IMG/VR virus record: IMGVR_UViG_3300048571_000088
Location: 62,001 to 126,000 of that record
Direction: 5' to 3' (one strand)
DNA: 64,000 nt
Numbering within the stretch: the stretch's first letter is position 1; each line of letters begins with the position of its first letter. Below the pieces are notes generated by a model that worked only from the letters and a program-made list of their open reading frames with translations, made no database searches and was not told where the DNA came from. Positions 1-9,062 of the stretch are shown piece after piece. The translations under genes and the position numbers were made by a program.

Positions 1-73
1 GCAAACGGTATGGGATGAGGCATTGAATTGATTCCTATTTAGCCAGTTTTAAAAATAACTTGTTTTGTTATTT

Positions 74-298
74 TTACTTTTGAATTTTGTTTAAGAGATT
101 CTCATAAATTTGAACTATTGTTTTTAATTCATGATCGTACGCAGCAGAACTACAAGGACAACTAGACAGACGTGTATCGTCTATTTCCTTTTGAATATAA
201 GTCCTTAAGTTATCATTAGATTCCAATAAGGCAGTATACAAATCATATAGTTCTGTGTATTGTTGAGTTACAGTATCTGGAGAACAATTTAGAGACAT
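74..298 (-). CDS. hypothetical phage protein (helical/coiled-coil)
   Basis: 74-aa ORF, GGAG SD upstream, co-directional with neighbours. Confidence 0.6.
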   Translation of the reverse strand: MSLNCSPDTVTQQYTELYDLYTALLESNDNLRTYIQKEIDDTRLSSCPCSSAAYDHELKTIVQIYENLLNKIQK

Positions 299-311
299 TT
301 TTAATCTCCTA

Positions 312-554
312 TTAATCTTCCAATTCTTTTAGATCTGGAAGATTATTTTTGAAAATAATGTTGTTGTTATTTTCAAAGGTTTTAATTTGATTGAGGATGT
401 CTTGATGTGCGCAAAATTCTTTTATTTCTAAGGTATGATTTTGTGTGGCAGCAGTTAAATAGTCTTTTAAATTAGTAACAAACTCTTTTAACATGGTGTA
501 ATCAAAATAAAGTGTAGCAAAATCTGCTCGCAATTCTTTAGGGTAATCTGACAT
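312..554 (-). CDS. hypothetical phage protein, similar in size and helical pattern to 74..298
   Basis: 80-aa ORF with GAGG SD. Confidence 0.6.
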   Translation of the reverse strand: MSDYPKELRADFATLYFDYTMLKEFVTNLKDYLTAATQNHTLEIKEFCAHQDILNQIKTFENNNNIIFKNNLPDLKELED

Positions 555-594
555 TTATACCTCTGTATAATACATAATTAACTTCAAACCTTGT

Positions 595-669
595 GCACCA
601 GTTGCAAGAATCGAACTTGCTATCTCTTCACAATTTTCTTGTGAGTGCTCTACCTTGAGCTACCTGATG
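595..669 (-). tRNA. tRNA-like / degenerate tRNA with an aberrant anticodon arm
   Basis: Minus strand shows a canonical D-arm (TAGCTCAAGGTAGAGC) and T-arm (GCAAG-TTCGATT-CTTGC). The anticodon arm TCACAA-GAAAA-TTGTGA is non-canonical, the acceptor stem is imperfect and there is no CCA. Confidence 0.55.
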
Positions 670-698
670 ACTTATTTAGGTTTGAAAACTTTGAATGA

Positions 699-1424
699 TT
701 AAGATAATTTTGACTTAATCAGTAATTTAATTGAATCTAAAAGAAATGGACAACCAAACCACTCTGTGCCAAGTTTTTTGTTAAATTGTAAAACTTCTCC
801 ATTATTAAAATGAAAATACATATTTTCAAAAAACTCGGTATCTTTATTACTATTAACTAGAGAATAGTCTAATAAAGATAATTGAGTAGTATGTACTTTA
901 CTAGGATACCAATAACCATCTAAGCAAGCTTTAATAGTCTCTGTGTACCCTGTAAGAAGTTCTTTACAATCTCTAGGAGGATCTTCATAGAAATGAATAG
1001 AACGTCTTTTTATAACAATTGGTTTAGTAAGGATTGGTAAAATTGTACACTCATGTATCATTGATTGATAACAAAAATAATAACCTTTATATTGATAAAT
1101 AACGGAAGCATCTATAATATCTTTCTTATAGAACTTCTTTACTTGCCAATTTTTTAAAATTACAGCTTCTGTTGAAGAATGTAAAAAACTATGAAAAGCA
1201 CTAGAAAATCTATAAGAAATTTTCTCTTTTGTTTGATACAATTTAACAAAATAATCAAATTGTTCTTTTGTTAAAGAATTAATTTGTTTTGTTAGCCGCT
1301 TTTTTTGATGTTCAGGTAATATTAAATTATCAAAATGCTCTTTTTCCCAGTAATCGTCCGGTAAAGAATCAAAATGAGTTTCGATTAATCCTAGAGAAAT
1401 TTCTTCAGGAGTTTTACTCATCAC
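699..1424 (-). CDS. hypothetical protein
   Basis: 241-aa ORF overlapping the stop of the upstream gene. Confidence 0.7.
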   Translation of the reverse strand: MMSKTPEEISLGLIETHFDSLPDDYWEKEHFDNLILPEHQKKRLTKQINSLTKEQFDYFVKLYQTKEKISYRFSSAFHSFLHSSTEAVILKNWQVKKFYKKDIIDASVIYQYKGYYFCYQSMIHECTILPILTKPIVIKRRSIHFYEDPPRDCKELLTGYTETIKACLDGYWYPSKVHTTQLSLLDYSLVNSNKDTEFFENMYFHFNNGEVLQFNKKLGTEWFGCPFLLDSIKLLIKSKLS

Positions 1425-1845
1425 GTGTACCTCTGGTTATTAGTGAATGATAATCATCAAAAATATCATCTAATAAAGTTTCAGTAAGAAATTCTAAAAC
1501 TTCTTTAAAAGATTCTTTACTTTGCCAATAGTAATCAAAATATGAAGTCAAACCTTTATGTTCTTCTTCAAGATATTTATAATGAGAAACACCGATACAT
1601 TTACCTTTTAAGATAATTGCATAAGCTAAGTCTCCGTCAAAGTTTTCACACCATTGACTTTCAGAAGAATATTGAGTTGTATCTAATATTTCTAAAGCAT
1701 AGAGATGTTGTAAAATTTTAGTTTTACTTGTATCCCAATAGTAATTTAAGTTAAATATTTCATGAGGTATAGCATTTTTATATTTTAATAATTCTTGATT
1801 TGTGGAAGCTTCGATACCTTTTTGAAATAACTCTTGAATATTCAT
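1414..1845 (-). CDS. hypothetical protein
   Basis: 143-aa ORF, GGAG SD. Confidence 0.7.
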   Translation of the reverse strand: MNIQELFQKGIEASTNQELLKYKNAIPHEIFNLNYYWDTSKTKILQHLYALEILDTTQYSSESQWCENFDGDLAYAIILKGKCIGVSHYKYLEEEHKGLTSYFDYYWQSKESFKEVLEFLTETLLDDIFDDYHSLITRGTRDE

Positions 1846-1884
1846 TGAATTAGCTCCAAAGTTTCTTGTTGTTTACGTTCTTTT

Positions 1885-2133
1885 TTAAAAATATCCTTTA
1901 GTTTTGATAAGTTTAAATTGTGCTATTGTTATAGACTCTTCTGTTTCTTCTAGTTCATATTCTGTAGCATATAAGATCACATCTGGAAAGTTTTTATGAA
2001 AATTCCAAATTTCTTTAGGGTTTGTAGGAAGAGTTTCTAGAGTAAATACTCCTAGATTTTTTTCTGTACTGCACAGAGTTTCAAAAGCTGTAGTTGTATT
2101 AGAAACATAAACAACAATATATACATCTCTCAT
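1885..2133 (-). CDS. hypothetical protein
   Basis: 82-aa ORF in a tightly packed operon. Confidence 0.6.
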   Translation of the reverse strand: MRDVYIVVYVSNTTTAFETLCSTEKNLGVFTLETLPTNPKEIWNFHKNFPDVILYATEYELEETEESITIAQFKLIKTKGYF

Positions 2134-2135
2134 TT

Positions 2136-2345
2136 TTAAAGTTCTGTAATTTGATTATAAGTAAGATAGGTTTGAATTTGATCAATACATTTTTGATGAT
2201 CAGGCTGGTAGAATAATTTTTTTAGATTTGGATCATTATTAATACTTTCATTGTATTTTGGACAATAAGTGTTGATAAACCACTGACCAAATCTTTCTGG
2301 AGTTTGTTTAATTTTCCACTGGTTTAATAGTTTGTTGATCAGCAT
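2136..2345 (-). CDS. hypothetical protein
   Basis: 69-aa ORF in operon. Confidence 0.55.
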   Translation of the reverse strand: MLINKLLNQWKIKQTPERFGQWFINTYCPKYNESINNDPNLKKLFYQPDHQKCIDQIQTYLTYNQITEL

Positions 2346-2490
2346 TTTTTAATCCTTGTTTAAAAAATTTGTTTAGATTGGTTGTTAGTGTAATTGTTGG
2401 ATTTTTATTTTTACCAACCAGATTAATACCTACAGTGCCTTTAAAAGCACCAATATTAAATGTTAGTTTTTTACGAACTTGAACTTTCAC
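2308..2490 (-). CDS. small basic hypothetical protein
   Basis: 60-aa ORF, AAGGA SD. Confidence 0.5.
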   Translation of the reverse strand: MKVQVRKKLTFNIGAFKGTVGINLVGKNKNPTITLTTNLNKFFKQGLKNADQQTIKPVEN

Positions 2491-2535
2491 AAGAGATCCT
2501 TTTTAAAAAGGGGAAAGAACTTCCCTCCAAATTAA

Positions 2536-2727
2536 TCAACCAATACTATAAGTAGCACCACGCTTATTAACACCAAGTCGCTCCAATTCTTGTTGAATTA
2601 CAGAATATGGGACAACTGTAGTACCATTAACAGGATCAGTGCAAAGACCTTGTACAAAACATTGTGTCTTACGACCATTTGCTTTAATAGTAACAGCAGT
2701 AAGTTTTAAACGAGGATTGGTGTTCAT
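2536..2727 (-). CDS. hypothetical protein (likely start MNTNPRL at 2727)
   Basis: AAGGA SD before ATG 2727; the start in the ORF track overlaps the upstream gene. Confidence 0.55.
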   Translation of the reverse strand: MNTNPRLKLTAVTIKANGRKTQCFVQGLCTDPVNGTTVVPYSVIQQELERLGVNKRGATYSIG

Positions 2728-2744
2728 AACAATTTCCTTAGTGA

Positions 2745-3173
2745 TTAAGGTGCAGTGAAGGATAAAAGAGCTTTTGCATGTGCAATTGCATCTTCTTTGG
2801 TGGCGTGACAAATACCTTTTTCGATATAATGATTAGTCAGTGTTGGATTACGTCGATATGAAAGCTGAAAACACAAATCATCTGAAATGAGAGTTACAAT
2901 ATAATACTTATCTTGACAGTGTGAGAAAGAAGTTAATGGTTTTTTAATTTTATGACCATTAATTTCAATGTACACTGGTTCAGAAGGAGAAGTTTCTCCA
3001 ATATAATATTCTGTAGTAATATCCCAACATGGCTGGTATGGCTTTTTAAGTTTAATCCACAATTGATTATCCGGATAAAATGACTTATACCAGACAGTCG
3101 TGCCTTCTGGATTAATAGCCCATTTCATAATTAAGTCGTAGTGGGGATGTTTTGTGTTCATATTATTTTCCAT
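2745..3173 (-). CDS. phage protein of the 'I.G..VP.PL...G.CH.T.E.A..HA.AL' family
   Basis: C-terminal motif shared with 12964..13587, 25235..25651, 25656..26078 and 36179..36625. Confidence 0.7.
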   Translation of the reverse strand: MENNMNTKHPHYDLIMKWAINPEGTTVWYKSFYPDNQLWIKLKKPYQPCWDITTEYYIGETSPSEPVYIEINGHKIKKPLTSFSHCQDKYYIVTLISDDLCFQLSYRRNPTLTNHYIEKGICHATKEDAIAHAKALLSFTAP

Positions 3174-3384
3174 AGAGTTTAAAATACCTGTAAGTATCTT
3201 TAGTTAAAACAACTTTCATTTGTTTTGCTTCTTTTCTTAATCTAGTCATTTGATATTTTCTACATAGAAAAGAAGAAATGTTTTTAAACTTGTTTGGAAA
3301 ATAAGCACTACTTACACCAATAAATGCAATGGAGATAGAAATTAAAAGCAGGATGCTTAGTTGTGTTACGCTTGGATCAGTCAT
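3163..3384 (-). CDS. small membrane-anchored protein
   Basis: N-terminal hydrophobic helix. Confidence 0.55.
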   Translation of the reverse strand: MTDPSVTQLSILLLISISIAFIGVSSAYFPNKFKNISSFLCRKYQMTRLRKEAKQMKVVLTKDTYRYFKLYGK

Positions 3385-3622
3385 TAAGGTATCTTTTTAA
3401 ACCAGTAAGGGTTTGAATTGGTATTGCAACTTTATGAGAGTAGCCATCAAGATCAATAAACCCAAGTTTTTTATTATATTCAGAAATAATAAAAAACCCT
3501 TCACTACCTCCTAAACGATGATCTTTACAATCTAAATAGCAATCACAAAGAATAAAATTTTCTTTTTTAAGGGAGCATTTTAATTTTTTGTGTTGTTTTT
3601 TAACTTCATCTTTTAAACTCAT
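3377..3622 (-). CDS. hypothetical protein
   Basis: 81-aa ORF in operon. Confidence 0.55.
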   Translation of the reverse strand: MSLKDEVKKQHKKLKCSLKKENFILCDCYLDCKDHRLGGSEGFFIISEYNKKLGFIDLDGYSHKVAIPIQTLTGLKRYLND

Positions 3623-3625
3623 ATT

Positions 3626-3874
3626 TTAAATCTCCATTAATAAATACTGATAAGCGTTTACTAAATCTTCAGCATCCTGCTCAGAAAAAAAGGGATAGGA
3701 ATATTTATATTCTTCCCGCGAGTTTAAGACTACAAAGTAAACATAGTTTTCAGTGTGCCTTCCTACTGATTCGACATGTTTTAAAGTGGGATGTAATAAG
3801 TAAGCATAGCCTGCTTTTTCATGGATGTCTACAATACTAGCGTAAGCTGCTTCACGACTTTTGAAACTCATCAT
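3626..3874 (-). CDS. hypothetical protein
   Basis: 82-aa ORF in operon. Confidence 0.6.
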   Translation of the reverse strand: MMSFKSREAAYASIVDIHEKAGYAYLLHPTLKHVESVGRHTENYVYFVVLNSREEYKYSYPFFSEQDAEDLVNAYQYLLMEI

Positions 3875-3887
3875 AATTTATACTCTT

Positions 3888-4073
3888 TTACCTAGTATTT
3901 AAAAACTCTTCTAGACTGTTAAGCCAATCTTTAAAATCTTGTTTATCAAGGAATTCTGAAGGCTCGTCTGGCCATGAAGTACTAATGTCTTTATCAACAT
4001 AAGCTTCAAAAGACTCCAATTCATCCAAAAGTTGTTTTTTAAACTTTCCGAAAGACATATTTGATTTACTCAT
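3888..4073 (-). CDS. hypothetical acidic protein
   Basis: 61-aa ORF with ATGA-type coupling. Confidence 0.55.
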   Translation of the reverse strand: MSKSNMSFGKFKKQLLDELESFEAYVDKDISTSWPDEPSEFLDKQDFKDWLNSLEEFLNTR

Positions 4074-4456
4074 ACTTTTAACTCATTTGGTTCGAAACAA
4101 ATTCCATCTTCAATTGGAAAAACAATTTCTGCACGATGTAAAGTTTCAAAGTAACCTACATAAGGAAGCTCGTAGGTTGTATCTTTAAAAATAAAATAAT
4201 GTTGTGTTGCATAAGTTTTTGTCTTATCAAACCAAGGTTCATTATAGTATTTATCTTTAATTTGCTGCGGTGTAGCTTTTGGATGACTTTTAAAAAGTAT
4301 CGAATCTAGTTCTTGTACAAAGCAATAATGTGCTTTAAGAGTACGAAGAAATTCTTTAGCTTCTTCTAGAGTAGGAAAAGTTGCAAAATTATCTTCAGTT
4401 TTAGAATAAGAAGAACAGTCAGTACCTGTTTGATATTGAATTGTAATTGAATACAT
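4070..4456 (-). CDS. conserved-looking large-phage hypothetical protein (Y.TG...EAK...HY...GYFE.L..AEI)
   Basis: 128-aa ORF; motif recalled from large-phage hypotheticals. Confidence 0.65.
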   Translation of the reverse strand: MYSITIQYQTGTDCSSYSKTEDNFATFPTLEEAKEFLRTLKAHYCFVQELDSILFKSHPKATPQQIKDKYYNEPWFDKTKTYATQHYFIFKDTTYELPYVGYFETLHRAEIVFPIEDGICFEPNELKV

Positions 4457-4457
4457 A

Positions 4458-4718
4458 TTATTTAAATTCTGGATTTTGTTGGTAGCCTAAAAGTATACAC
4501 TCTACTGTACCAATAACATAAGAAAATGATTCAACTTTAGGACGAGTAGGAAAAACAAGAGAACAAAATGTAGAGCGACCTTCTACAGGTAGAATTTGTA
4601 CACCGTATGTTTCTTGTAGTTGAATTACATCATTACCATTAAAAATATTAATTTTACGTGTCAAGAATTTATTTAATTCGTCTTGAAGGTTTAACATTTT
4701 TTGTTCAATTTGTTGCAC
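4458..4718 (-). CDS. hypothetical protein
   Basis: 86-aa ORF. Confidence 0.6.
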   Translation of the reverse strand: MQQIEQKMLNLQDELNKFLTRKINIFNGNDVIQLQETYGVQILPVEGRSTFCSLVFPTRPKVESFSYVIGTVECILLGYQQNPEFK

Positions 4719-4740
4719 AGTAATTACTCTTTAAATATGA

Positions 4741-4774
4741 ATGAGAGAGTTATAGTCAAGTATAACTCTCTCAT
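4741..4774. terminator. 14-bp-stem hairpin, probable terminator or processing site
   Basis: ATGAGAGAGTTATA-gtcaag-TATAACTCTCTCAT between genes. Confidence 0.6.
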
Positions 4775-4783
4775 GTATTAGAT

Positions 4784-5731
4784 TTAATCTTCAATAGTAG
4801 TGATTAGATCATCAGGTACTGATGTAATTAGATTACTTACAAATTTAGGAATCTGTAAAGTACCAATTGCTTTTGAATACCCTACAACAAGAACTGCTTT
4901 TGAAATTGCAATAGCTTTCTTGTCTGTAGGTTTTACAGCGGTAAGAATTACAGCAATACCTGAAGCGACTACAAGATCAGCTAAAGCATGATCAATAAAC
5001 ATAGCAGCAATTGGAGGTAGATGTGGTTTAACCATTTCTTTTGTTGCTTGGATAGCAATCTTACCTACTTCTTGCAGTGAAGCTTGAATTACTGCATCTT
5101 TGTGTAGGTTTGGTTGCGAAGCAATGCTAGTGGTTGCAGTATTAAGCAGAGTGTTCATTTTGTTTGTTTCCTGTTTGTTTGAGGTTGGTAAAACAGAGGG
5201 TTGTTTGAGATTTTTAGATATAAAATCTAAAATAATATTAGTATCGATTTTGTCGTGTTCTGGGAAATCATACCTAGAGCTAGTCTCCCAAAGGAGCTTT
5301 TCATTTGTTGGAAAATATGTTTCTTTAAGTGTATTTAAAAGAAATTTTTCGGATGTGTATATACCACTATTTCTACAATGTTTTTTAATAATTGTTAAAA
5401 TAATTTCTAGTGTGTTTAAATCAAAAGGATCTTTAATATGAAAAAAGAAATCTTTTCCTATCTTTCTGCCTAGTTGGTCATACGTACTTAAATAGTTGCT
5501 TAAACTTAGTATTATACTGTTTGTTGACTTTACGCCTGAGGGTGTACAGGATGTATGACCTAAAACAAACAAACTTAAAAGTTCTTGTTGGAAACTTAAG
5601 TTACTTTTGCCTTCTAAAGCAAAATAAAAAGGTTCCTCAGTCGCGAGATAATACTTGTTAAAAGCTTTAAAAGTCTCTACTGAAAAACAATCAAGCTCAA
5701 ATTCTTTAAACAGTGTTAGTAAAGTTGGCAT
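4784..5731 (-). CDS. hypothetical protein with a hydrophobic C-terminal module; possible internal in-frame start (MNTLLNT)
   Basis: 315-aa ORF; internal CAGGA-N9-ATG. Confidence 0.7.
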   Translation of the reverse strand: MPTLLTLFKEFELDCFSVETFKAFNKYYLATEEPFYFALEGKSNLSFQQELLSLFVLGHTSCTPSGVKSTNSIILSLSNYLSTYDQLGRKIGKDFFFHIKDPFDLNTLEIILTIIKKHCRNSGIYTSEKFLLNTLKETYFPTNEKLLWETSSRYDFPEHDKIDTNIILDFISKNLKQPSVLPTSNKQETNKMNTLLNTATTSIASQPNLHKDAVIQASLQEVGKIAIQATKEMVKPHLPPIAAMFIDHALADLVVASGIAVILTAVKPTDKKAIAISKAVLVVGYSKAIGTLQIPKFVSNLITSVPDDLITTIED

Positions 5732-5733
5732 GC

Positions 5734-6162
5734 TTACACTCCTAAATAAGCTTTAATTTCTGCATAAAGCTCTGTGTTGTATTCCCAAAATTCAGAATGA
5801 GTTTCAGTCAGAAGATAGGAGTAGTGAAGGAACTGAAGATAAGTTCCTTCAGGGGTTAAAGTTTTATTTTCAGGGAATAAACACTCTGTACCTACTGGAA
5901 GAACATAAGCATCGACTAAAATAGGATTATCAATAGCTGAATAATCCATAATAGAGAATTTAAGTTCAGTTGGAATACTACTGATGTCTACTCCAGTTTC
6001 TTCTAAGACTTCACGATTTAAAGCTGCGCGTGAATTTGAGTCTGTTTCATCAATCTTTCCTCCCACAAGTCCAAAATTGAATTCATTACCTTTACGAGTA
6101 ATACTAAGAATTTCTCCTTTAGCATTAGTAATAAAGAGTACGACAGCAGACGGTTTGATCAT
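5734..6162 (-). CDS. Nudix hydrolase
   Basis: Nudix box GGKIDETDSNSRAALNREVLEETGV. Confidence 0.9.
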   Translation of the reverse strand: MIKPSAVVLFITNAKGEILSITRKGNEFNFGLVGGKIDETDSNSRAALNREVLEETGVDISSIPTELKFSIMDYSAIDNPILVDAYVLPVGTECLFPENKTLTPEGTYLQFLHYSYLLTETHSEFWEYNTELYAEIKAYLGV

Positions 6163-6174
6163 TGGGTTTCTCTT

Positions 6175-6465
6175 TTATGTGTTACTTTTGTGGTGTTTTA
6201 AAAATTCCATAATATTAGAAAACACATCTTTATGGTTTGAAGGTAGTTTGTGCTTATTAGGCTGTGACTTGCATGTATTAGTGCGATAAATAGCAAGGCC
6301 AGCACAACGACTACCAGAATGAACGTGGCATTCAACAATTGCATCGGAATGACAAATACGCGAATAGTGCTCTGGTGTAGAACCACCTAACCAACCTTTA
6401 AGTGAATCGCGGCGCATTGGGCAATCACTACAAGGGCTGGTTAATTGTTTACTGGCTGCTGACAA
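6175..6465 (-). CDS. Cys/His-rich putative Zn-binding phage protein (PCxxCPxR...CH...CAG)
   Basis: Motif pattern; start uncertain (an SD-positioned ATT lies about 27 nt upstream). Confidence 0.65.
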   Translation of the reverse strand: MSAASKQLTSPCSDCPMRRDSLKGWLGGSTPEHYSRICHSDAIVECHVHSGSRCAGLAIYRTNTCKSQPNKHKLPSNHKDVFSNIMEFLKHHKSNT

Positions 6466-6603
6466 AGTACCAGAGATAATTAACTTATTAATTTTAAACT
6501 TCCTTTTTTTGCTTTAAGAATTTGAAATGCTTACACTCAATATAGTTACCGTCAGATATTTGAATAAAAGCACGAGAATCAATACTAATCCACATTCTTT
6601 GTA

Positions 6604-6729
6604 TTACACCGATTTGTCTACGTTACCTTCGTTTGCGTTATAATCAGCGACGGGTTTCTCGGTGTTTTTATAGCGCTTTAACAGCCAACTAATATATTTA
6701 GCACTGCCGTCAATGTTTTTTGGTTTCAC
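6604..6729 (-). pseudogene. 41-codon remnant of a lytic transglycosylase (SLT) C-terminus
   Basis: Manual translation VKPKNIDGSAKYISWLLKRYKNTEKPVADYNANEGNVDKSV matches the SLT NI.G..YL..LL..Y....A.YNAGEG pattern. Confidence 0.55.
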
Positions 6730-6730
6730 T

Positions 6731-7144
6731 TTACGCTCCTTCAATGTCACGGATAATACCCACCTTGCGGTGGACTCCTACATACCATGAATGATCATTG
6801 CCAGTACGACAGTACACACCGCCATCAAAATTCACTAGCAGACTTTCTTTTCCTACATACCGCACAATACCTGTAGCGCCAATCTCATACCAATTAGTTG
6901 GTTTGCTTAACGTCACAATACGGTCACCAACCTCTGGCTTTTCATCTGACAGCTTGATTGATGTTGGTTTTAGTTGAACATTACCTTTAAAAAAACCATC
7001 ATAACCATCAATCTTGATCAGCACCCTGCCACACCCCCTCAAACTATTGGACATCACCGTACCATACTTATCTCGATGCATCTTACTGTCACAACATTGT
7101 TTAACCTTTATACGCAAACCTTTACGCAGATGAGTTACTTTCAT
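6731..7144 (-). CDS. hypothetical protein, two small beta-barrel (SH3/KOW-like) modules
   Basis: MKVTHLRKGLRIKVK and KPEVGDRIV starts; paralog array. Confidence 0.65.
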   Translation of the reverse strand: MKVTHLRKGLRIKVKQCCDSKMHRDKYGTVMSNSLRGCGRVLIKIDGYDGFFKGNVQLKPTSIKLSDEKPEVGDRIVTLSKPTNWYEIGATGIVRYVGKESLLVNFDGGVYCRTGNDHSWYVGVHRKVGIIRDIEGA

Positions 7145-7353
7145 ACAACATCCTCTTTAATAAGTTTCAAATCTGTATGATGGCCGCAATCTGACTCACC
7201 ATCACCGAAACACACACCCACATTCACTAAATAAGTGTTTGATGTAACCCATTTAACAACTCCAATTTTACCTCGATTGTGAGGATAGAATCTACTATCC
7301 TCTTTATCCTTCACTAACACCTTCATCCCGATTTTTACATTCTTCAACTTCAT
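7141..7353 (-). CDS. small SH3/KOW-like protein
   Basis: MKLKNVKIGMKVLVK...GKIGVV. Confidence 0.65.
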   Translation of the reverse strand: MKLKNVKIGMKVLVKDKEDSRFYPHNRGKIGVVKWVTSNTYLVNVGVCFGDGESDCGHHTDLKLIKEDVV

Positions 7354-7787
7354 TCGTCATTCTTCTTTAAGAATTTACATTCCTTGTAATGTGCCCAACC
7401 ACAGGTGTTAGTAGCTTGTTGGTGCTTAGCAATATGACCACCATTGTGTCCGATGAATCCATCACCATAATCAACCAATAAATATAAGTCAGTCAATTTG
7501 CTACCTGTGGAGACAACAAACCCTCGACCAAGTGTAGTGATGACTTCTTTACCTAAATGCTTCTGCATTGGGTGGGTATATTGAATAGGTACTTGTTCAA
7601 TATCTTTGTGATGGATATCCCACTTCCTGCCACTATCATTCAGAAAGGTTACCGTATTACCCCCCGAACCAGATAAGCCATCTACGGTATGGATATCACC
7701 AATCTTAAAAGGTGCTAATCCAACATAGCTATGCTCTAAACTCTTGATGATATATTGCTCATTGACCTTTACATTCTTTAGCTTCAT
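7350..7787 (-). CDS. hypothetical protein, SH3-like modules
   Basis: MKLKNVKVNEQY start shared with neighbour. Confidence 0.65.
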   Translation of the reverse strand: MKLKNVKVNEQYIIKSLEHSYVGLAPFKIGDIHTVDGLSGSGGNTVTFLNDSGRKWDIHHKDIEQVPIQYTHPMQKHLGKEVITTLGRGFVVSTGSKLTDLYLLVDYGDGFIGHNGGHIAKHQQATNTCGWAHYKECKFLKKNDE

Positions 7788-8263
7788 TTCGAACCCTCCA
7801 AGATTCTGTCAAGTGAATATTTAATCTTATTCACTTCGTATTCCGGTGTATTGCCTTCTTTTCCACCACCACATTTGATTTCATATAAACGCTTCAAACT
7901 CGTGAAGGCATTCCCGAAGTCAAAATCATTACCAAACCCGTGGGTAATGATATCTTGTGTCTCTAGTTTTTCAGTTGAGACAACCTTGTCCACCAGAACC
8001 TTAGGGAAGGTGTAATAACCACTACTACCACCATCACTCTTGATTACTGCTGATTGGTCTTTAATGTCCACTTCGAGGATGTCCCATCTTGTATCCCCGT
8101 CAACATCACGACCATTTGCAAAGACGGCCAAGCCACTACCCCAATCATCCGTAACTCGATATTTACCATCCCCAATATCCAAAACCCACCCAACCACCAC
8201 CCAACCTTCTTTTGTAGACCGGTAGCGATCACCTTTTTTCAGCTTACTTACATCAATGCTCAT
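7784..8263 (-). CDS. protein with a C-terminal DUF3310/T7 gp1.7-like domain
   Basis: KSDGGSSGYY...DFGNAF...GKEGN..EYEVNKI motif. Confidence 0.6.
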   Translation of the reverse strand: MSIDVSKLKKGDRYRSTKEGWVVVGWVLDIGDGKYRVTDDWGSGLAVFANGRDVDGDTRWDILEVDIKDQSAVIKSDGGSSGYYTFPKVLVDKVVSTEKLETQDIITHGFGNDFDFGNAFTSLKRLYEIKCGGGKEGNTPEYEVNKIKYSLDRILEGSK

Positions 8264-8495
8264 AATTATGTTCCTTTTTTGCGGTAGCGATTAAAGTGTC
8301 AATCGAGTGTGTATTGACTTCACCACCGTTCATTTCGTAAGCCCATACCCATTCTCGAGTTATTATTAATGCTGCCAACAACTCTGCATTCTACTGTTTG
8401 AGTTGAGATATCTTATTTGTTTGTATGCAAGCCTCTTGCTCAAATTTTATAACTGTATCTATTGTGTTTATTTTCAGCCAACCCCATAGTGACAT
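8253..8495 (-). pseudogene. 80-codon ORF interrupted by an in-frame TAG at 8391-8393
   Basis: Reads ...KISQLKQ*NAELLAAL...; compare KKLKAQNSELLAAF in 9711..9977. Confidence 0.6.
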
Positions 8496-8504
8496 TTTTA
8501 TGCT

Positions 8505-8708
8505 TTATGGTTTAAGTTTCTTTAGCTCAGAGATGTGAGCAATCACAGACCGCTTGTGAGGTTCAAACTGGACGAAAACAAATGCTACCTTTTCACCTGA
8601 CCCTAACGATTCGATTTCCCCATGTTGCCCCACATAATGCGATAGTGCTTGTGTGGCATTTCGCTTAACTTGCACGGGTAATCCTACCTTAATATTCTCA
8701 GCTTTCAT
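8505..8708 (-). CDS. small SH3/KOW-like protein (likely start MKAENIKVG at 8708)
   Basis: Paralogous to 8868..9062. Confidence 0.65.
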   Translation of the reverse strand: MKAENIKVGLPVQVKRNATQALSHYVGQHGEIESLGSGEKVAFVFVQFEPHKRSVIAHISELKKLKP

Positions 8709-8867
8709 ACCAAGGTTTCCTTCTGGGGTTTTTTTCGTTGTATTCATCCATTTGTTCATCCCACGACTGTTGCTTTGAGGTGGGTTTGTCAGACAGCTTA
8801 GCATTAGCTTCACTAAGAGCTTCTGATCCACCAGCCCAACCATCTTCAGTATCCCAATCACATCTAT

Positions 8868-9062
8868 TCATATCTTCACCTTTTTGATTTCATAGTGCAT
8901 ACATAGAATGGATGTGTTATCTTTTCCTACTACTACATAGCAAGCTTTTGGACTATCCACTTTTACAATCTCACCTTTCTGACCGATAAAATCAGCAGCA
9001 TTGCCTAATGCGTTAGGTTTGATGATTACCTCCAAACCGACCTTCATGTTTTTAGCTTTCAT
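8868..9062 (-). CDS. small SH3/KOW-like protein
   Basis: MKAKNMKVGLEVIIK...GQKGEIV. Confidence 0.65.
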   Translation of the reverse strand: MKAKNMKVGLEVIIKPNALGNAADFIGQKGEIVKVDSPKACYVVVGKDNTSILCMHYEIKKVKI

